A stretch of DNA of 64,000 bases, from NCBI RefSeq assembly GCF_009914755.1, contig NC_060939.1. One strand, given 5' to 3'. Shown piece by piece: positions 28,771-40,577 of this stretch; position 1 is the first letter of the stretch; each line of letters starts with the position of its first letter. A model generated the notes under the pieces. The model did not search any database. It saw only the letters and a list, made by a program, of their open reading frames with translations, and had not been told where the DNA came from. The translations under genes were made by a program, and so were the position numbers. The DNA comes from the human T2T-CHM13v2.0 reference genome, Homo sapiens.

Positions 28771-29055
28771 AGAGTAGGCGGGGACAGCAGTTGCATGGAC
28801 AGCTTTCCTTGTGAGCCACAGGTCCCTCTGGACATACTGCTGCCTGGCCACACCCCCTTTCCCTTTCATCTTTGTCATTGACCAATGGGCTTGGAGCATT
28901 AAGGCCACGCCCCTGTTCTGCATTCTATGGGGGCCCTAGTTATGCCTCCTCGGGCTCAGTCACACAGCTGTCTGGTAGGCAAGTGGAGGTGTTCATCAGT
29001 GCTCACTGGGATTTTGCTCACGTGGCCCCAACCCCGCCTCCCTCCCCACCCCGCA
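28771..29055 (+). promoter_or_regulatory. GOLGA2-derived promoter / 5' UTR
   Basis: GC boxes (ggcgggg, ccacgcccc) and a CCAAT (gaccaat) directly upstream of golgin exon 1. Confidence 0.6.
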
Positions 29056-29103
29056 ATGGCAGAAGAAACTCAACAGAGCAAATTGGCCGCAGCAAAGAAA
29101 AAG
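29056..29103 (+). pseudogene. GOLGA8: GOLGA exon 1 coding part, MAEETQQSKLAAAKKK
   Basis: Signature golgin N-terminus. The upstream GOLGA2/6-type start is ACG at 29020. The donor reads gcaaag. Confidence 0.93.
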
Positions 29104-29139
29104 GCAAAGGTTGGAAGAGACCTTTAGAACAGCTGGTCC

Positions 29140-29295
29140 CTATGCCGACCGGGTGCCCGCACTAAGTTTGGCATCAATATGATGTCCTCCTGGGAGCGGG
29201 GGGCCACCAAGTTGCCTAAGGATGGCTGAACTGGCCCAGGTCAGAAAGGGAGCGGGTCAGAACTCCCACATCGACTGGTAGTGGGACTATGCCTG
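29140..29295 (+). pseudogene. RN7SL: 7SL (SRP) RNA S-domain pseudogene fragment
   Basis: ctatgccgaccgggtgcccgcactaagtttggcatcaatat...ggcccaggtcagaaagggagcgggtcagaactccc...gtagtggga matches the 7SL central domain. Confidence 0.93.
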
Positions 29296-29446
29296 ATCTT
29301 GGTTCTTAAAAGTAAAAATAAAGAACAGCAGCTGCTCTCTGGGTAGTGGCTGGCTCAGTGTTACACAGTGAGGGTGGAGGCAGAGGTGGGCCCACAGTAC
29401 CTCCCTTATTGGGCTGTCTGAGGACCCTTCTGGCCACCCCACACAG

Positions 29447-29535
29447 GAGATAGAGGAGGACATCTGGACAGTGAGGAGGAGGCACCTCAGCCCATGCCAA
29501 GCAACCCGGAGGACCTGGAGAGCTGGGAGGCCACG
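29447..29535 (+). pseudogene. GOLGA8: GOLGA exon DRGGHLDSEEEAPQPMPSNPEDLESWEAT
   Basis: cacag acceptor, gtgagc donor, golgin motif. Confidence 0.88.
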
Positions 29536-29790
29536 GTGAGCCTGACTCCCCCTGTACCCATTTTGCCACCTTCCTCTGTGGTCCCTCCAAGACCCCTTTA
29601 TGCTCTTGGTTTCCCTGCCTTCTGATTTCTCTGGACCCTCATCCCTTCCGGGAGCCAGTGGTCAGACACCATTTCACCTGTGACCAACAGATGCACTCTC
29701 TGAGGCCCCAAGGGAAGAGGCTGCACTCCACCTCTCTGCCCCGTTCGTTCTGTGTATGCCCCTACAAGAATGCTCACCTCTTGCCCTCAG

Positions 29791-30009
29791 GTTGCATTTT
29801 TCAACTCCGCTGGAGCCAATGCCCAGGAGGAGCAGGCACGGTTATGAGAGCAGGTGAAAGAGCAGAGGGTGTGCTGCCAGCGCATGGCTCACCTGGTGGC
29901 CTCAGCCCAGCAGAAGCCAGAGGCAGCGGTCCCAGCCCCAGTGACTAGGGGCCAGTCTGTGAGTGGGGAGACCCACCGGGCCATGCAGGAGGTCATGGAG
30001 AAGCTGGAG
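29791..30009 (+). pseudogene. GOLGA8: GOLGA exon VAFFNSAGANAQEEQARL*EQVKEQR...QEVMEKLE
   Basis: ctcag acceptor, gtgact donor, premature TGA at 29845. Confidence 0.9.
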
Positions 30010-30089
30010 GTGACTGAGTCCTGGCATGGGCCAAGAAGGGCAGGGGTGGGTGTTGCTGCCGAGATGTGACCCCATTATTTTGGCTCCAG

Positions 30090-30190
30090 AGTGGCCTTAT
30101 GGACCTCCTGGAGGAGAAGGTGGACCTGAGGGAGCGAGCGGAGAAACTAGAACTTCGATTCATCCAGTACTGGAAAGACAGAAGTCATCA
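30090..30190 (+). pseudogene. GOLGA8: GOLGA exon SGLMDLLEEKVDLRERAEKLELRFIQYWKDRSH
   Basis: ctccag acceptor, gttagt donor. Confidence 0.88.
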
Positions 30191-30272
30191 GTTAGTGGGA
30201 GGCCAGGGCACGGCAGGGGGAGCTGCAGGGCCGTCGGAGGGACCTCAGCGTCTGAGCCCTGTCCTCCTGCAG

Positions 30273-30373
30273 GAAAGTTCATCACCCTAGAACACAGCCA
30301 GGGGGCAGTGCCAAAGATGCGGCAACTGGAGGAGGACATCATCAGGCTGGCCCAGGACATGGAGGAGATGAAG
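30273..30373 (+). pseudogene. GOLGA8: GOLGA exon (GOLGA8 frame: [33 protein letters not shown])
   Basis: ctgcag acceptor, gtaggg donor. Confidence 0.88.
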
Positions 30374-30462
30374 GTAGGGTGTGCAACATCTCTGCAGGGG
30401 TGGGGGTGGGCGTGAGGGTGGGCGCCGGTAGGTGCATAACAGCTGAGCACCCCTCCCTCCAG

Positions 30463-30618
30463 GTGAAGCTGCTGGAGCTGCTGGAGAAGATGTTGCGGCT
30501 TGTGGTGACTACAACGAGGGACACAGCAAATTCCCGGCCACTGCCCTGAAGCTTGCTGATGAGCCCGGTCCAGGAGCCCCAGCCCCCCAGGAGCTTGTGG
30601 GTGCTGACAAGCATGGTG
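30463..30618 (+). pseudogene. GOLGA8: GOLGA exon [24 protein letters not shown]...[15 protein letters not shown]
   Basis: ctccag acceptor, gtgagt donor. Confidence 0.88.
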
Positions 30619-30704
30619 GTGAGTAGAGTCCTCAGGCAGGGTGGGCAGGCAGGGGCAGGGGAGGCTCTCACTGCACTCGGATCCCCACCTCCTTCTCTCC
30701 AAAG

Positions 30705-30811
30705 ATCTTTGTGAGGTGAGCCTCACTGACAGCGTGGAGCACCCAGGCTTGTGCAGCAACTCCTGTATGCCATTCTTTTGCTGGGCTTGGCTGCTGAGAA
30801 GAAGGAGATAA
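30705..30811 (+). pseudogene. GOLGA8: GOLGA last coding exon DLCEVSLTDSVEHPGLCSNSCMPFFCWAWLLRRRR*
   Basis: caaag acceptor, GOLGA8-type C-terminus, TAA at 30809-30811. Confidence 0.9.
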
Positions 30812-30870
30812 ACATCACCATCATCAAAGAGCTGCTCAAGAAATTTTAAAAAAGGAAACAAAGTTATGGG

Positions 30871-33800
30871 GTTCATCTCCTACCCAATTCATTTACTTCA
30901 TTTGAATGTTAGAGCCACTCATGATTATTTGTAATTTATAGTTTATTTGTAAAAAGTTAAAGGAGAGTGGGTCTCTGTGGCTTTCACTGATGTTTACTCT
31001 GGCATCCTTCAGCATTTTTCTTTTTTAGTTTCATAGTTGTAGGTCATTAGCATGCATATTGAGTTTGCCCTTACGTGGTGGGAGTTCAAATACACAAAGA
31101 CCCACTATTTGCACAAAATTATTCTTGCTGGTTTGGAATAGGCTGCCATGCTTTTTTAATGTTATCGCAGCATGTATGTTCATTACGGAATTCAGATAAA
31201 ATTTGCTTATGTTCTGCTATTGTTTGATCTAATCTTAATCACAGTGAGCTCTTCATTAGCTCAATATGTGGTTTGCCCCCAAGTGTGCACTGTTTATTAC
31301 TTTGTAATATGCCACTATGAGTACTGACATTTAGAGTTGTTTAAAGGCCGAGAACTGGAAACAGCCTTTCCCCTATTTTCTGTGTATTGGTGATGGGAGT
31401 AATAACATTTTGGGGGAGCTTTTAAAATCTCACAGAAGAGGAAAGTGGCCTGCTGTGGCAGGTTTGTGCAGGATAGAGTGTGTTTCATTTGTTACGGTGC
31501 CAGCAATTAGCGCTGTACTATGGTAGTTCCCTTCGGATTTGTATGTGCTCTGGGCTCATGAAGATATTGCATCATGAGCTGCAGCAGTTGTACTCTTTCT
31601 CAATGACCTAAAAACTGATCATTTCTGAGGAACGAAAGGCTCCCATTGTTGACTGTAGATGTGGAAAACCTTTCCTAGCTTAGAGCATTTGTGTCTATAA
31701 TACATTTTAAAGTCAGAGTTGATGTTACCTGTTTTAATCACATGACCACATGTCCCAGTACACAAAAGAGTGCTGGCTGGCATTCTTCTTATTTAGTAAA
31801 GATCATAAGAAATCCTTTAGGAGTTTAAATGTCCCTGGAACAGGCATACAGGCTCTAGTCAAGAATGAATTAGGGTGAAGGAAAGCTTGTGACACCTGGC
31901 ATTCCTCTCTGTTCATGGAGCTTCTTTGAGGCTTGAAGATTGATTTTTACCATCTACACCTCTCTGGCTAATACCTATTCTTCAACCACCTTGGTTACTC
32001 TGACATAGGAATTTACTTCTTTTCCTTGAATGGAAAACACTTTAAAAAATAATACCAAACATTATTATAAACTAATATATGTGAGAGTACTTAGTTGAAA
32101 CAAAAAGGAGTTTTAGTAGACAGTATTATACTATATTTGATAATCAAGGAGATGTTTATGCAATTTAAAATGTTTATAAACTGCAGTGCAGTCTACTGTT
32201 TGTGAATGTCAATGTATTATCAGGAAATGTGTCTATACAATCACAGAGTTATATTTCCTCACAAACTTGTTTACTAAGAGTGAAATATGTTTTTGTACCT
32301 CTCAGTTTCAGTTAGGGACATATTTTGTGCAATATTTATGTGATTGTGCCTATGCATGATGAACAAATGATTTCAGTCATACATTGCCTAAATCATAACT
32401 TGATGATGCTTGGGAAAGACTCAACAGTTCAAACTTCATGAAGTTCTAATGTCTGTGTTCCAAAACACATCACATTATTAGGATGTAGGGAGATGTGTAT
32501 ATGCGCTCCCTGGGGTGGGGATTTCTAGTTACTAGACCATCTCCATTTTTAGCATTTGGCGTCCTCATGATACTTTTCTAAATATGACATTAACAGGAGA
32601 GCAACAATATGATTTTACCGATGGAATAACAGATTTGCCTGCATTCACTGAAAGAGCGCAAATATTGGGTCCTTGTGACTTCAACTGACTCTTCCAAATT
32701 GTATGACTGTATCAATGTATTAGATAAACCCAGTTTCAGAATGATAAAGAAAAAATGTTAGACCAAATAACACAGCTAATTAACAGTGGTACGATTTCTA
32801 GCCCGTGGGTTTAAAATGGACCTAAAGTTCTGTTCTTGCCTTTTATTTTCTGAACTTGCTGCTTTTGCATTCTTTGAGTTCAATTTAAAGACAGTTACTT
32901 TAAGTCCATTTTAAACCCTCAGGCTAGAAATCATACCACTGTTAATTAGCCACATCTATTTGGTCTAACGTTTTTTCTTTATCATTCTGAAACTGGGTTT
33001 ATCTAATACATTGGTAAATTATTTCAAAGGTACTTTTATTGTTGAAATCACTTCACTTTTACCCTGATAAATATCAATGACTAGGAATGACCTTCAGATA
33101 GCATTTAGCATCTGTAACCAATCTGACAATAATGTGTTCATCAGGTGCCTATGGATTAAATCACATATTGGCATATTTAAGCTGAATGTCAGTCTGGAAA
33201 TAAATTTACTATATTAACTGAAATACCACTCTTTGTGTAGGTATTTGTCATATATTTAAGAGAAAGCTAAAAAGAATGGAAATCGTATGACTAACTTGTC
33301 TTTCTTCAAAGTGCATACAGTCTTTTGCGATACCTCATTGAGCCAAGGAATTTCAAAATGCTAGTTCAGCTGAATAAATTTGAATTTCTGCAGGAAGAAT
33401 CAAAACACCTATTTAAAGATTGCAATATATAATAATTATTTTTAAAGAAGTATTTGATTAAACCTGATAGGTTTTCCAGAAATGAAAAAAAAATCAGTTC
33501 TAAAACCAAAGCTGATTTTTAGAAAATTTGAAAAGGTAAATCAGCCCTATCCATAATATAGTTTCTCTAAAACATTATCTTAAAGAGTCATTTAAAAATA
33601 ATGTAACTACTAAAAAATGTAACTGCTATCTTAAAGTTCTGAAATAAAACATTTTAAAATATGAATACTATAGTTTAAAAGAAAGAAACGGTGGGAAGGA
33701 AAAGTAGAGAAAGAAATGCCAATTCCAGTCCAAAGCTTTATTTGCCAAGTTTTCTTAGAATGAATTTTACCAATTTATGAATTCTTGTAAACAGAAGGTA

Positions 33801-34061
33801 TAATGGAAATACTGAAAAACTTTTGCCTAAAGTGGCATTATTGACTGCTAGTGTGATGCTACTGTAATGTAATAAATTATTAAATGTTGCAAAGCGCTGT
33901 TTTTGACTTAAAATTTTGTTTTGCATGTCTTGAAAAACTATAGTATTAAAGGTGTTGATAGTGTGCAAATGCTGGGCACGCTTGGCATGAGATAATCTGT
34001 TTCATTTTTACAAAATTGTAATATAGCTATGCAAGTGTTTGTTAAAAGAACACAAAATAAA
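30871..34061 (+). other. Long AT-rich GOLGA8-type 3' UTR insert (ITSN2 3' UTR-related in chr15 duplicons)
   Basis: Repeat-free AT-rich block ending in AATAAA (34056-34061) and an A-rich tail. ITSN2 origin is recalled knowledge of LCR15 duplicons. Confidence 0.6.
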
Positions 34062-34232
34062 AAAGTTACGGGATTAAAAAATGTTACAGAGTGAAAAAGT
34101 TATGGGATAAAAAATGTAAAAAAGTTGTGGCAAAAAAGTAGAAAAAAATTTTATGAAAAGTTACAAAAAAAGTTATGAAAAAGAAGTTACGGGATTTTAA
34201 AAAAAGTCATGGGATAAAAACAAAAATTAAAA
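34056..34232. repeat. A-rich degenerate tandem repeat (aaaaagttatggga-like)
   Basis: Recurrent aaagttatggg, aaagttacggg and aaagtcatggg. Confidence 0.85.
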
Positions 34233-34864
34233 GCAGGCCTCTGTCAGCAAAGCCTGGAGAAGTAGGGCTGGAGCCTCCACTGCCACCATGACCCTACCAC
34301 CCCTTCCCAGGCACCCCTTTACAATTAGGGTAGCCACACAAGACCTCTGTCTAATGGGGAAAGACAGACCCTTTGCCGCCTTGACCAGGGCTGAGTCCTT
34401 AAATTTCTGGATGATGATGATTGTTATTTAAGAGCCAGAGGCTGGCAGAGGTGGTTTGTTTGGAGGAGGTCTGACGGCCTCCTTACTCTCACCATAGTAA
34501 CTTTTCCCTCGGGGGGGCTCCCATCTTCTTATTCAGAGAGGCAGCTGAGGCGGGACAGTGGGGCTAACTGTGGACCAGGTGAGGGCACGGGCTGCTGGGG
34601 TGGCCCCCCTTCCCGGTTTACATATTGTATCTATGTAACGTTTTGTATATTCCAGAGGGTAGGGCCGCCCCTGTATCGTACCTAGAGGAGGTTGGAGCTG
34701 GCACATGGGGAGGAGGGTCTGATCATTATTTGTGGCTGGGAAACTTATGTATTGCTAGCACAGGACAGAGAAAGGAGGCGGGGATGGGGTCATGGCTCCT
34801 GGTGATGCGACTCCTGTTTATTTTGCTTTTTATTTTGGAATAAACGGATTTAGCCATACTGCTC
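34233..34864 (+). other. Ancestral GOLGA2 3' UTR remnant with polyA signal
   Basis: ctgtcagcaaagcctggagaagtagggctgg resembles the GOLGA2 post-stop UTR (recalled). AATAAA at 34839-34844. Confidence 0.6.
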
Positions 34865-35743
34865 AGCCTGGTGTGTTCCCATTTCCCTCACTGGGTCCTG
34901 GTGTTTGTGCCACTGAACGAGAAGCCCTGGAGTGTCTGAGCGTGTCCAGCTGGGCTGTTGGGGACCTTCCAGGCCTGTTACCTGTATGCTGCCTGGTGAC
35001 GCCTGGGGGATTCCACGGGGACTGCCATGGCACCTATGGGGCGCAGCCCGGCCCTGACAGCCAACAGGCTCAGAAGCGTGATCTAGCCATGGCCGGGAAG
35101 ACAGGCACCAGCACCTAACGGCACTGACTTCCACCCACCCCAGGTGTCTTCCGTTCCATCCCCTTGCCTCCCTCTCCTGTCTGCACCTGGTGGCCTGTTA
35201 TGTCTGTGTCCCTCCAGAGTGCCGGCTGCCCCTCAGGCTCCCTCCAGGCTGAGTTCACGGCCCTGCCCCCTGGTGGCCAGAGCCAGCTTCACAGGATAAG
35301 AGCCAGCTAAGCTCCAGGGGCTTTCCAGGAAAAGTGTCCCTTGGAAAGGGTGTGACCTTTTCACAGCTCCCAACAGCACCCTAGAAATGGCTTGGCCTTT
35401 CCCGTCCTCTGAGCTCCACACAGAACACAGCCAGCAGAGGACACACTTCCCTGCCATCCAGAAATGGGTTTGATTCTCAGCCAAGGGACAGCAGGACTGG
35501 TAGAGACTGTCAGGCCACACAGAGGCCTGCACAGCACCCCCATGCTTGGTGGGGGGCGGGAGGGATGGCGGGGCTGGCTGTCCACAGGCTGGGCATGACA
35601 GGGAGGCTCACTGGAGGTGGCGCACTTTGGAGGAGCAATGTCAGGGGACAGCTTTCTCTTGTTGGGCCACAAGACTCCAAAAGGACAGCAGGGTGACTGA
35701 TTCCCAGCGCTAGAGACGAGGCGGTCGGCCAGGTGTTGCTGCA

Positions 35744-35744
<1 letters not shown>

Positions 35745-35792
<48 letters not shown>
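35745..35792. repeat. (GT)n(AT)n compound microsatellite in the DNM1P 3' UTR
   Basis: Directly visible. Confidence 0.95.
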
Positions 35793-36007
35793 GTATTTAT
35801 AGATATTTATAGAGCAGGACAGGGCATATCACAAAGGGGGCACAAGTTTTCAGCAGTGGTCACACCTGGATGTGTCAGCTCACCACAACAGACTAAGTCA
35901 CAGATGTAGGGGGCTGGCTTTGAGGCTGGGGGAGCCACTGTCAAGTCACAGAACAGCCGCTCAGGCAGGCTTGGAAAGGGAGGTCTCTGAGAAGAGGAGG
36001 GATCTGT

Positions 36008-36068
36008 TTAGAGGTCGAAGTGGGGGCTGGGGCTCTGAGGATGGGATGGTCTTGCCTGACCCAATCAG
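36008..36068 (-). pseudogene. DNM1P: DNM1 last exon coding remnant, *LGQARPSHPQSPSPHFDL*
   Basis: Corresponds to the DNM1 C-terminus RSGQASPSRPESPRPPFDL with CGA>TGA. Acceptor ctgccag. Confidence 0.88.
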
Positions 36069-37424
36069 CTGGCAGTTGGAGAGAAAGCAGAGAGAAGCAG
36101 GAGAGAGAAAAGCAAGCAGAGAGAAGCAGGAGAGAGAAAAGCGAGCAGAGAGCTGATGAGGCAAGTGCAGAGCACAGGCGTGCCACAGCAGCTGTGGGAG
36201 GGCAGGGGTGGGGAGGGCACAGGTGCGGGTATGGCGAGTCTCCTGGGAAAGTGGGGCTGGAAAGGAAAGGGGAGGAAGAAGGAGGGAGGCAGAGCTTCAC
36301 AGTTAGTGCCTGGGGGCTGCGGCGGCCCTCCCCACCCCACACACGCTGGCCTCTTTCAGGGCACCCAGGGCGGTGCACCCACCGTTCAGAGCAATGCTCA
36401 GCCCCCTCCAGTGTCCCTCTTCTCTGGTCACCCTGTCTTTGAACCCACTGGCCCGGGGCCACCTCTTGCTTTTGGGAACCCAAAACAACAGCCACCAGGC
36501 CTGATACAGAAGGAACACTGCTTGAACCAGGATGATGAAGCTAAAAGGGATGGATGGCTGGAGTGATTGCCGGAGCCCCTTTTGGGCAGTCAGAAAGCCC
36601 AGGACCCTCTGAGGGGACCCTGGGGGAGGTAGGGAGGATAGGCAGCTGGATGCCACTGGCTATAGACTTATAAGTCTAAGAGGGGAGCCTCAGCTTGTTG
36701 GGGGTTGCAGGTCACAAAGGTGAGGCTGGGCCCTTCCTGCTGGGAAAAGCAGAAGAGGGAGAGTCCATGGCAAGGGAGGTGGGTGGGCTTGCTGGGTGGA
36801 GCTCAGCCGGGCCAGCATGCACTATGGTCCCCTCGGCTGAATAGCAGAGGCAACCTCTAGAAGCAACAGGCCAAGGTGCGTGAGTCTGCTGGCTGGCGGT
36901 AGTGCTTCAGTGGGGGCCAGGGACCCTGCCTTCAGCCACACGCTATCAGCTATGATGGTACCTGGGAGGGAGGGAAGGGGACTGTGTGTCCCTGCCTGGC
37001 CTGTGAGGTGTGTTGTGGGTTGACCGTGTGTATGGGACTCTCAAGGTTTTATCTTAGATCACCACTGGATTGTCAACAGATAGAGGAGGTGGGACCCTGA
37101 CTATCACCCCTGCTCTGCAGTAGATTTGGCTCTCAGCACTCCCAGGCTGGGAGCTGGATGCCCGCCCTGGCAGCATGACTCGGACTTCACAACAGCTACA
37201 GCGTGCCCAGGATGACATTCCTAGGCCTCTGGCCGCCTCAGAGTACAGCCCTGCACACAACCCCCTCCAAGCTCTCAGCCCTTACACCATAAACCACGAG
37301 CTCTCTGACAGCTCCAGAGAGAACCCATGTCTGCCAGCTTGGGCACAGAGCCTGTTCCAAGAGCCCACAAGCTCAGCCATGGAGGCTAGGGGGCTTTGGG
37401 GCTAGTGGGGGCCAGCCCTGGTAC

Positions 37425-37943
37425 CTGGGTCCAGCCGGGACGCTCTGTACCTGCAGCTAGGCGTCGTCCACGGGCCCCCGTAGCTGTGCTGACGGTGTTC
37501 GTGTTGATGTTGCCGATGATGCTGAGAGCCTCTTTCAGCACGTGGTGCATGCGCAGCATCTCGTCGCGCCGCTGTGCCTGCTCCGCCGACTCCTCCAGGA
37601 GTGTCTTCTCGTTCCCACGCGAGTGCAGGTTGGACAGCAGCTCTGAGAAGATGAACTCCTTGGTCTGCCTGCTCCGCCGACTCCTGCAGGAGTGTCTTCT
37701 TGTCCCTACGCGAGTGCAGGTTGGACAGCAGCTCCGAGAAGATGAACTCCTTGGTCTGCCTGCTCTGCCGACTCCTCCAGGAGTGTCTTCTGGTTCCCAA
37801 GCGAGTGCAGGTTGGACAGCAGCTCTGAGAAGCAGCATCTCGTCGCGCCGCTGTGCCTGCTCTGCCGACTCCTCCATGAGTGTCTTCTCGTTCCCATGCG
37901 AGCGCAGGTTGGACAGCAGCTCCGAGAAGATGAACTCCTTGGT
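37425..37943 (-). pseudogene. DNM1P: DNM1 GED exon with four internal tandem copies
   Basis: [20 protein letters not shown] x4, then [30 protein letters not shown]. Frameshift and TAG near the 3' end. ctcag acceptor, gtacca donor. Confidence 0.93.
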
Positions 37944-38232
37944 CTGAGAGTGGGCAAAGAAGGAAGGGGTTTGGGTCCTGATGCCCGTGCTGCCCTGGCC
38001 TCCCGCTGGCCCCTGCTGGGACTGTGTGCTGGAGTTGAAGCCCTGAGTATGGCTTTTCACATGCGGCTTCTACACAGCTTAAACTCAAAGATCTGCCTCC
38101 CCATTGCCCTTTTCTCACTCAGATAGGGACACTGAGGTCCAGAGGAAAGGTCGCCTGTGCAAGTCACAGATCTGGGAGGGCACCCTGGACCTATCATGCT
38201 ACCAGGACACCTGTCTACTCAGGTTTTTCAAA

Positions 38233-38544
<312 letters not shown>

Positions 38545-38685
38545 TGAGACAGCTCTGGTCTGGACCATGCCTCCCTCCCTGGACCTGGTCCCATAGGGCT
38601 GGTCAGCATCTCCCCCAGGCCAACATGGCCACCTGCATCCTCAGTGCCACAGGAGCCGCCTACCCCCATGAGGCGGTGCATGCAC

Positions 38686-38868
38686 ATTGTAGATCATGAT
38701 ATGCATGGTGGTCTTGGGCTTCGCACCAACCATGAGGTCCCACACGGTCTTGTTGACAATGGCCATGTAGGAGTCCACCAGGTTCTGGGTGGTTTCCATT
38801 TGCCGCTCCAGCTGTGGGTCCATGGAGTGCATGAAGCTGTGGGAGCCATTCTCCTCAGCCTTGCTGTC
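38686..38868 (-). pseudogene. DNM1P: DNM1 exon [61 protein letters not shown]
   Basis: 183 nt, open frame, gacag acceptor, gtgcat donor. Confidence 0.92.
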
Positions 38869-39230
38869 CTGTCACGGAGAACGCAAGGGCATCAGGGTGG
38901 CCAGGCCATGCAGCCAGGCTCCAGCAATCCCTAGGATCTCAGTCCCTCCAAGGGTACCTGGAACATTGAAGCACAGAGAAAGGCAACTGGCCTGAACACA
39001 CACCCAGCTCCCCACATGCTCTAGATGGTTTCAGGCCTCTGCCTCTCAGGACCCCAGACTCCCCTGATTCATGTCTCGTCTTAGTTCTGATTCTAGTGCC
39101 CAGAATTTGCCTCAAGTTACCAATCCAGAAATTGGAAAAGAACATCTCCAGGTACCTTGCTTGAAGACCTGGCCAGAGCTTGCGCCAGGCTGCAGATGCC
39201 TGGCAGGAGGCAAAAAAAGGGCATACTCAC

Positions 39231-39242
39231 TTTCCCCTTGTC
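39231..39242 (-). pseudogene. DNM1P: DNM1 12-nt micro-exon (DKGK; DKEK in DNM1)
   Basis: ctcccag|gacaaggggaaa|gtgagt. Confidence 0.85.
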
Positions 39243-39360
39243 CTGGGAGGCCCATGCACCAACACTGCCACCGCCGCTGCCACCAGGGAACAGAGCAAAG
39301 TAGACACACACAGACAAGAAAACGGGAAGGGTTGAGTGAACCTGGGACACTGCACCCCAA

Positions 39361-39850
<490 letters not shown>

Positions 39851-39870
39851 TTTATCTTTTTAAAAAAATA

Positions 39871-40161
<291 letters not shown>

Positions 40162-40195
40162 CACATTTTGTTTTTAAATTTTACTTAATTTACTT

Positions 40196-40577
<382 letters not shown>

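Larger units (their letters stand above)
29020..34864 (+). pseudogene. GOLGA8: GOLGA8-type golgin pseudogene, internally deleted
   Basis: Exon 1 encodes (T)WPQPRLPPHPA-MAEETQQSKLAAAKKK. Five 3' exons end in PFFCWAWLLRRRR*. In-frame TGA at 29845-29847. Middle coiled-coil exons are absent. Confidence 0.93.

Noticed and set aside
28597-28923. ORFs with repeated GRGEGPPPL-type peptides; CRISPR-like periodicity
   Set aside because: A pure 26-bp tandem repeat with no spacers, in eukaryotic DNA
29140-29295. Functional 7SL RNA gene
   Set aside because: Lacks both Alu-domain ends and is heavily substituted
29056-30811. Intact GOLGA8 CDS
   Set aside because: Middle exons are missing, the exon-1 donor is GC, the next exon is out of phase, and there is an in-frame TGA at 29845
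30160-30876. 238-aa ORF on the - strand
   Set aside because: Antisense shadow of golgin exons, crossing their introns
35233-37405. Several 90-180 aa ORFs; possible CSPG4 pseudogene
   Set aside because: The sequence is explained as DNM1 3' UTR and intron, and no CSPG4 peptide was recognised
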